From assembly GCF_009914755.1 (NCBI RefSeq), contig NC_060926.1: a stretch of DNA of 64,000 nucleotides, one strand, 5' to 3'. The stretch's first letter is position 1. Each line of letters opens with the position of its first letter. Below, one piece after another: positions 55,895 to 64,000 of the stretch. The notes beneath the pieces were generated by a model, which saw only the letters and a list, made by a program, of their open reading frames with translations, was not told the origin of the DNA and did not search any database. The translations under genes and the position numbers were made by a program. Source of the DNA: the human T2T-CHM13v2.0 reference genome, Homo sapiens.

Positions 55895-56031
55895 CTCATG
55901 CTCCGGGTGTCCCAGCCACGGAGGGTGGTGTCGTTCGCTGTGGCCACCTGGGTGCAGTTATGATGTGGGCTCCACCGTCCTGAGGTGAACTTCAGTTGTC
56001 CCTTCCCTTCCAGGGACGCTGAGCTGGCCAG
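55895..56031 (-). CDS. EIPR1: EIPR1 exon (137 nt) [45 protein letters not shown](S)
   Basis: Acceptor ctcccag|CTG, donor AG|gtcagt. The WD repeat ends in GWD. In frame with the next exon (AG|C = Ser). Confidence 0.95.
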
Positions 56032-57544
56032 CTGGGAGTGTCACGATGTTTTCCAAAGGAAGAAGAAAAGAAGAAGAATGTGAAGTCTGTTCAGAAAACG
56101 CGAGAGGATATCGTATACTCAAGGATATTATTGAAAATAATTACTGAGGATAATTAGGAAGCTCTGTCTTTGTTTCCTTTCCTTAAATGGAAAAAATGAA
56201 CCTTACTTGGGGAAATCTATAAAACTGAGCACAGCAAAAAATAGAAAGCATATTAATAGGCCTCTATTAAAGAGCGTTTGCTTGCAAGTATGTGATTAGA
56301 GATAATCAACTCGAACTTGAAGGAAAACAATACAAAACAACTCAAACATCTGGCTTTCCCCAAAGAAAGCGACAAAACAAGTCAGGTCCACCTGAGCGGT
56401 TCCGGAATAACAAAGGGACAAACACATTCACTTGGTCAGATGCTGTCTCCAGTGCACGCCCTCTTCCCTCCCTCCGTCTCGAGGCCCACACAGCCTTCGC
56501 CTGGCATTTAATCAGACCACCCCAAGCCAGCGAGCTGACCATGAAGGCCTCAGCAAGGCCCTCTGGGGCTGGTGTTAGGGCTAAAACCTCCCCCTGCCTA
56601 AAAGAGGGTGGGGCCCAGTTGTGAGCCTGCAAGAAGATCCCCAGCTCGTTTCTCTGCTCACCTAGGATTTCATGCACAAAGGCTGAGCATGTTGGCTGCA
56701 TCGTTATTTCAATTTGGGGGTTGAATTTCAATGCACAGGATGACTGTTAAAGGCAGGAAGCATCCAGGTCTGCCCCAGGGTCCTCTGTCACACCTGCCCC
56801 CAAGTCCTCCTGAGGGACACAGTTCCCACCACTAATTCCGTTAACTTTCAAACCAGCTGTGCTCTTCAGAGCCCTCTGAGAGGAGCCTGAGGCAGGTGGC
56901 TGGTGAGGCGGGCCTGGCCAGGCTGAGGGCAGGTCCAAACGAGCTGCTAGACAGGCCGTGAGAGGCCCAATGACCGAGCTGGTGCTGGAGTTTATTCAGC
57001 ATCTCACAAGATTTACCGAGGGGCTTTGCTGGCCAGGGCAGGTTGGGTACCCAGGCTCGGGGTGAACAAGTCCCAGAGGTCCCCACAGAGTGAGTGCCCA
57101 CTGCATAGACAGGCAGGGGCTCTGCCTGGAAACCACCACTCAGAACAGAAAGACGGGCAGTTCCCAGTGAGAAATAGGGCACCGTCTAAGCCACAGGTAA
57201 AGGGCTTTCTGGAAAGAGCGCACTGGCTGCAGATGCTCCTGGTGTCTCCCAGCAAGAGGCCTCCCAATTTCAGAGGTGGCCACTGGGAGGCGTGAGCTAC
57301 AAGACCTGGTTTCCCTCCAGTCTTATGCAAATGGGCTGTGCGAGAGACTGAGAACTCAAAACAGTCCTGGTCAGAAGCCGAGAAAGGCGGTCATCAGTGA
57401 GAGACGCAGACACTGCGCTCAGTCAGGGAGAAGAGGCCTCGGGCCCAGGAAGAGCCACATCTTCACCTCCCACTCCGAAAGCCTGCTCTGATGCTTAGGA
57501 AACATTTTTGGAAACTGAAAGCCACCATCCTTGCAGAGCCTTGT

Positions 57545-58546
57545 TATCGGGGGAACCCACCCCCGATAATTCAACGTAGGTTCTTTTCTATTTTCCCTGT
57601 GTCGGTCGGTCTGAGAAATAAAGGGAAAGAGTACAAAAGAGAGAAATTTTAAAGCTGGGTGTCTGGGGGAGACATCACATGTCAGCAGGTTCCATGATGC
57701 CCCGTGAGCCATAAAACCAGCAAGTTTTTATTAGCAATTTTCAAAGGGGAGGGAGTGTACGAATAGGGTGTGGGTCACAGAGATCACATGCTCCAAGGGC
57801 AACAGAAGATCACAAGGCAGAAGGTCAGGGTGAGATCACAAGGTCAGGGCGAAACTACAACCACTAATGAACTTCCATGTCCCACTGTGCTTGCATTGTC
57901 ATTGATAAACATCTTAACAGGGTTCAAGAGCAGAGAACCCATCTGACTAGAATTCGCCAGGCTGGAATTTCCTAATCCTAGCAAGCCTGGGGGCACTGCA
58001 GGAGGCCAGGGTGTGTTTCATCCCTCATCTGCAACTGCATATGGCAGACACCCCCAGAGCGGCCATTTTAGAGGCCCCCCCCCCCCCCCCCCCCCCCGGG
58101 AATGCATTCTTTTCCCGGGCTGTTAATTATTAATATTCCTTACTGGGGAAAGAATTCAGCGATATTTATCTTATCCGTTTTGGTAATAAGAGAAATATGG
58201 CTCTGTTCCACCCGGCTCCCAGGCAGCCAGACTTTACGATTGTCCCTTGTTCCCTGAAAATTGCTGTTATCCTGTTCTTAAGGTGCCCAGATTTCATATT
58301 GTTCAAACACACATGCTTTACGAACAATGTGTGCAGTTAATGCAATCATCACAGGGTCCTGAGGCAACATACATCCTCAGCTTACGAAGATGACGGGATT
58401 AAGAGATTAAAGTAAAGACAGGCATAGGAAATTATAAGAGCATTGATTGGGGAAGTGATAAATGTCCATGAAATCTTCACAATTTATGTTCTTCTGTCAC
58501 GGCTTCAGCAGGTCCCTCTGTTCGCAGTCCCTGACTTCCTGCAACA
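57545..58546 (-). mobile_element. MER11 solo LTR (HERV-K11/HML-8 family), ~1.0 kb
   Basis: Minus strand starts TGTTGCAGGAAGTCAGGGAC...GAAGAACATAAATTGTGAAGATTTCATGGAC, as in recalled MER11. 6-bp TSD ccttgt (57539-57544 and 58547-58552). Internal AATAAA at 57727-57732. Confidence 0.9.
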
Positions 58547-58619
58547 CCTTGTGGTGGTGAGAAGAGGTCAAGAGAAGGTGGGGACACAAGAGACCCACTG
58601 GGGGGACAGGGTACCCATG

Positions 58620-59150
58620 ACTCCATATCTGGGCAGAAGCGAGGAGGTTGTGTCTGCATCTGAGCAGCTATGGGGGGCGTGTCCACATCTGGACAGAGGT
58701 AACAGGGCTGTGTCCACATCTGGGCAGAGGTGACATGGGTGTGTCTGCATCTGGGCACGCATGGGGAGGGGTGTCCACATCTGGGCAGAGGTGACGGGGT
58801 GTGTCTGCATCTGGGCAGAGGTGACATGGGTGTGTCTGCATCTGGGCACGCATGGGGAGGGGTGTGTCCACATCTGGGCAGAGGTGACAGGGGTGTGTCT
58901 GCATCTGGGCACGCATGGGGGGGTGTCCACATCTGGGCAGAGTTGACGGGGTGTGTCTGCATCTGGGCAGAGGTGACATGGGTGTGTCTGCATCTGGGCA
59001 GGCATGGGGGGTGTGTCTGCATCTGGGCACACATGGGGGGGTGTCCACATCTGGGCACGCATTGGGGGGTGTGTCCACATCTAGGCAGAGGTGACGGGTG
59101 TGTCTGCATCTGGGCATGCATGGGGAGAGTATGTGTCCACATCTGGGTAC
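58620..59150. repeat. Composite G-rich minisatellite (GTGTCYRCATCTGGGCA + GAGGTGAC or CGCATGGGG variants), intronic
   Basis: About 18 visible catctgggca cores with two alternative spacers. Confidence 0.92.
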
Positions 59151-61028
59151 AGACAAGGGGGTTAGGGCTGAGGTGGCACCTGGGGCCTCACTGAGAGCTG
59201 GGAGAAGAATAGCCATGGTGATAGTCAGAGGAGCTCTCTAGGAATCGCTTGGACAGGGGCACCAGCAGGCTGGGTGTTGCCGAGGAGTGGACCTGTCCGC
59301 TCCCTCCCAGCCCCAAGTGGATGGCTGCCGATGGGCTCCTTCTTTTGTTTATGGAGAGCCTCCTGTGTGCCCCCGGCCCAGCTCCCCTGTGCCCAGGTCC
59401 CTGCCCAGCCTGGCCCACCACTTTCATCCCCACAACCAAGTGACTTTCAGGAAGTCAAAGGATGTCTCCTTAGGAAAAGCGCGGGGCTTTTGTTTTACGA
59501 TATCCCTGGTAAACTATCCGCTCTACTGTCGTATGTGCCAAGGCTGACTTACTGATCCTCTCTCCACAGTAAGCTGAAGGGCTATTTCTGCTCCGTGCAG
59601 GAAATGTTAATTGCATTCCTGCTGTGTGGGGACAGTTGGCAGGCATGCGTCCCACACATGGACCAAGCAGGAAAACGCCAGGAGCACACAGAGGAGGAGG
59701 TGGGAGCAGCCGCCACGTGTGGGGCCTCGGGAAGCCTGTCCAGAACTGAAAGGTGGACACAGGGGCGGGGCAGGGAGGGGGGCAGGGGCAGACACCAGAA
59801 CGCACAAGCACGTGTGAGCACGGCAGGATTAAGCTTGAGTCATGAACACCAGGCCAAGGCATCCGCGGTGAGTCTGGTAGGCTCACCAAGGCAGCCGACA
59901 CAGCACCAGGCAGAACAGTGGGGGCAGGGCTGGAACCAAGCACTGAACTTGGTGAGGACAGCCAGGGTCCAGGCCAGCTGTCAGCAGGACAGAGTGACCG
60001 AACCAGAAAGGCTGGGCAGGTCTGGGCTATGGGCAGGGAGGTGGCAGGGCCTGGGCACTCCGCATGGTGACGGCAGCATGTGCAGCAGCTCGGACGCTGG
60101 ACTCGAACTAGCGCTAGCAAAGGGAAATTGAACCTGAGGAGCCTGGGGTGTCTCGGGACCAAGAGGTAGGAACCACATTGGGCTTTGGGGCTGCCAAGCC
60201 CCAGGCACGTGCTCCCACCCTGAGCTGGGCCCCTCTCTCCACACCTGCTCCGTTTCTCTTTCTCTCACTCCGGCCTGGCTCCCGTATGTGCACAGGGCAG
60301 GAGGCAAAAGCGCCGGGAACACCAGGGCCTGACATCCCCCTGATCAGGCACCCAAAGATGAGCCAACCCTTAGACCTCACCCCAAATTCCTGGAGAAGGA
60401 GGTAGACTGGCACAGCCGGGCCAGGCACTCGCCAGGAACAATCAACCATGGCGGAGGGGGGATGTTAACAAAAGAGGGGAGTGCTCTGCGCATAAAATCA
60501 GAGGCGCCTCCCACCTTCCTATTTCACTCCATCAGATTTTACAGCATCTCTTCCTTCTCATTACGTTTGCGGCAAGGGTGCAGCTTTTCCAGCTGGTGCG
60601 GGAGGCGGGCTCCCAGATACACTCAGCATGGACCCAGACACAGAGCGGGGGCACAGGCACTGCAGGGAGGGAGAGCGTGGCTCCCACAGCAAGCTCCAAG
60701 GAACCATATAGTGTGCAGGGTGACACACAGGAGCCAAGGAGAGGGTCCCCCTTGCAAAGCTACCGAGGAAGAAAACAGAGCTGGAAAATTCACGACCCTA
60801 AACGCTAAGCCACAAGAAAACCTTTAGTAAAAGCCAGTTGGGGAGTAGGTCAAAATAAACATTGCCAACAGCAATGATGGAATACAGTTTCCTAAAGAGA
60901 AGAATTGGTAGCAACATTACGTCAAAAACTAGCAATGATTCGAGTGTACACATTATTTCAGAAACACAGGGTGAGCTAATTTTTGGCTTTAACTTTGGCA
61001 ACTTACAGTTAGTTAGGTTCAATGTCTT

Positions 61029-61348
61029 TTTATTTTATTTTATTTTTTATTATTTATTTATTTTTTGAGACGGAGTCTCACTCTGCCACCCAGGCTGGAG
61101 TGCAGTGGCGCGATCTCGGCTCACTGCAAGCTCCAATTCCCGGGGTTCACGCCATTCTCCTGCCTCAGCCTCCCGAGTAGCTGGGACTACAGGCGCCCGC
61201 CACCACGCCCGGCTAATTTTTTGTATTTTTAGTAGAGACGGGGTTTCACCGTGTTAGCCAGGATGGTCTCGATCTTCTGACCTTGTGATCCGTCCGCCTC
61301 GGCCTCCCAAAGTGCTGGGATTACAGGCGTGAGCCACCGCACCCGGCC
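61029..61348 (-). mobile_element. AluY (young, CpGs largely intact), same orientation as EIPR1
   Basis: Reverse AluY with a (TTTA)n tail and 15-bp TSD taggttcaatgtctt (61014-61028 and 61349-61363). Confidence 0.95.
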
Positions 61349-62149
61349 TAGGTTCAATGTCTTAACTTCCACATGGACAATATGAATGAAGAAATACCTT
61401 TGTAGTATTCCCTTTAGGTAAACAGAAAAAAGTCAAGTGAAATTTTTTACAGGTACTATTTCAGCTTTCTGAAGACCTACTTATCAGGTTAATGATTATC
61501 CATTGATGACAATGAATACAGTAAAAAAGACCAACTAGCAGATATAATGAAAAGGCTGGATATTGTTTCTAACTAATCGATACTGTGTTCCAGTTAACTT
61601 TCTACTAACTATATTGGTTCATTATGAAACTCTTTAGAAGACAGAAACACAAGGTCACACCTTTAGAAGGTAATGCAAATTCGGCAGAGTGGCCTGGACA
61701 AGTTCTTGATGACTCGTGTGTGCGAAACACCACAGGGCCATTCCAGAAGGGGAAGGCCCGAAATCTTGAGCCGAGCAATGCAAGCTGAGCCCCCAACAGA
61801 GCTATTCTGCCATCCCAAGCTCTTGCACTTCAACTTCTAACTCCGTAAGTGCTCCTTGCAGAAGTTCAGTCAGCAAAATGGAGCACCGCTTGCGTCCAAA
61901 ACCCACGGGATAAAACACATCCTAGCCTTCAGCTTAAGGACTCGTCTAGATTTTTGAAAGAGTAAGTTAATTAATTAAGCCATCAACCAACTACCAATTA
62001 GCCTTGCAGCTGATCAACAAGTATTTATTGAGCAAGCTCCTCAGCCGTGCCGAGTGCCATGACAGCAGATGTGGTTTTTGTTCTCACACTCGGTGTCTGG
62101 CTGCCGAGGTAAATGTGTGCAATGAAAAGAAATCACTCAACAAATACAA

Positions 62150-62335
62150 CTCGTTATCAGTTACTCAATGCCAGGCCCTGTGCGGAGCATTTATGCTCAT
62201 TTCCTAGTGAAATTATCACAAGTCACATGATGTAGATGTGAATATCACCATTTGACAGATGAGAAAACTGAGGCTTGGAACAAGTAAATACTTGTACAAT
62301 GTTTTAAAAGCTAACAAGTGACAGAGCCAGGGTGA
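62150..62335 (+). mobile_element. MIR fragment
   Basis: ccatttgacagatgagaaaactgaggcttgg...aagtaaatacttg...gctaacaagtgacagagccagg is the MIR core. Confidence 0.7.
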
Positions 62336-62829
62336 ATGATAATAACGTACGTTGAGAGGGATTTCAAATAAAGTAGAACTCATCCAGGTTAGAGTAACTA
62401 GGGAAAGCTTTCATGAGGCTTAGGAACTGCGATGGGCGTTACAGACTGAACAGAACCTACATCAGTGAAACACAGGAGTGAGCCATTCCTGGCAAAAACA
62501 AAAGCCTCACCAAGGCAGAGAGATAGGTAACGTAAATAAACCTGATTGAAGGGGAACCACGTGCCGGTAGTCAGCGACAAAACAGACCAGGCCAGGAGGC
62601 CGGGACAGCACAGCACTGAGTCGGACAGGAGAGCCCGCAGTCGGGGCGCCTCCTCCAGCTGGAGGGTAGATAAAAAAAGCAGAGCTGGCAGAGGTGAAGC
62701 TGTGACATGAGGAGGCTGAAAACCAGGGAAGCCGGAGGCAGAAGAGGCCCATGGTCGGCAGCGTCTGGGATGGCCCTCGGACTTGGTGGCCTATGGAGTC
62801 CCTGCCCCAGAGCGGCTGGCCTCTGACCA

Positions 62830-63193
62830 GCACCGCAGGGCGGGGTCCCTCAGCGGATTAGATGAGAAGAGATCTGGGCTTCATCTTGCTGGCTGGGATG
62901 AGGCAAGCTCCACACTGTGGGGCCACACGGCCAGGAGCTGAGGGCGGCCTCTGGCCAACAGCTGGAGGAATCCAGGCCCTCAGTCCAGCAGCCCAGAAGG
63001 AGCCACATCCGACCAGCAGCAAGCCCAGCCCCATTGACCCTGAGACCACAGCCTCATGCGAGGGAGGCTTCAAGCAGAGGACCTAGCTGAGGTGTGCTTG
63101 GATTCCAGGTTATCCACACAAAAGCTGAGGTCACACACGTGGGCCGTGCTGAGCACTTTGAGGTCATCTGTTCCAGCAACAGACAGACTAACA
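62830..63193 (+). mobile_element. Degenerate MLT1 (E/F-like) LTR
   Basis: ggccacacggccaggagctgagggcggcctctggccaacagc...gaggacctagctgag...cagcaacagacagactaaca resembles the MLT1 3' half. Confidence 0.6.
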
Positions 63194-63944
63194 CGAGGCA
63201 CTGACCAGAGGTGAAAGGGAGATGCCCCCAGATAAGGGGAGACCCTGATGGATCTCAGCAGCTCAGAGGCGGGCTGTGGCCCCCCTTACTCCACAGCTGG
63301 GAAAACTAGAACCCAGGGAGAGTGGGTGAGCTGCCTGTGGCCACAGCCAGCTGGAGGCAGAAACAGGATCTGTCACCTGACTCCACTCCATTGGTCATGC
63401 TAACGCCTGTACTCCCAGGCCCTGAAAACTTCACACTCACAGGTGCAGAGAAGCCTGGAAGGTAAATTTTAATAAAAGCCTGAAAGATATTTCACCATCA
63501 ATTTCTGAGGGTCTACTCAGGGCAGACGGTGCAGTGTAAGTTGTAAGGTTAATCAATCACAATTTTTGGTTTCCTGGGGACATGGAGACAGCACTCAGCA
63601 AGAACTCCACAGGGTGTGATGCATGCAGTAATCTGTTTTTCGACATTAAAGAAGAATATTCAGTGCTTCCTGGTCCAAAAGGAATGATTAAAGGCGCCCA
63701 CAAAACTTTCAAGGGAGATGTTACTAATGCCAGAATGTGAACAAAAGAATACACCTCCTAACGAGCAAAATGACGTGCCTGGCATCGTCTTTAGCAGTTC
63801 ATGTGGAGCATATCTAAGAAGAGTCTCAGCGGAAGATTTTGAGAGACAAAAAGCTGTATTTCCTGCCATCAAGAGCCACAGAGCTGACAAGGGTGGCTTG
63901 ATTTGGAGGACAGGAAAACTACAGAGAACACAGCACTGCGCTCA

Positions 63945-64000
63945 CAGCAGACCCTACTACATGCAGGCGCACTCCCAGCAGACCCTACTACGTGTAGGCC
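63945..64000. repeat. Start of a 31-bp tandem repeat, truncated by the window edge
   Basis: cagcagaccctactac starts at 63945 and 63976. Confidence 0.7.

Noticed and set aside
58477-59216. Repetitive Cys/Pro ORFs in the EIPR1 intron
   Set aside because: Translations of the composite minisatellite.

Overview
Human (or very closely related ape) genomic DNA. It is GC-rich, dense in VNTRs and subtelomere-like. The only protein-coding sequence I can support is the last four coding exons, 3'UTR and poly(A) signal of EIPR1 (TSSC1; WD40 protein interacting with EARP/GARP; recalled locus 2p25.3) on the minus strand: 56031-55895, 53179-53012, 51595-51428 and 48569-48395. All splice junctions were checked by hand and join in frame. 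The 5' exons lie beyond the window end. Positions 1-48000 are downstream intergenic DNA containing Alus, an internally deleted L1PB, old L1M, MLT1, MER20, MER58, MIR and L2 fragments, and about a dozen tandem repeats. The largest is an ~8.1 kb CpG-rich minisatellite of 29/42-bp units (32.5-40.65 kb), which produces the long ORFs in the track. I found no evidence of a new gene system. The best leads are non-coding: (1) a GGGGAGGGG (MAZ/G4/R-loop-type) array about 0.9 kb past the EIPR1 poly(A) site; (2) the giant VNTR, with higher-order structure, stop-free + strand frames and REST half-site-like motifs; (3) a VNTR with an inverted copy of itself; (4) a palindromic 33-bp minisatellite; (5) an in-frame ORF1-ORF2 L1 deletion fusion inserted at a re-used Alu target site; (6) a sense-oriented MER11 LTR in an EIPR1 intron. 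Repeat subfamily names come from recalled consensus similarity, not from a database search.
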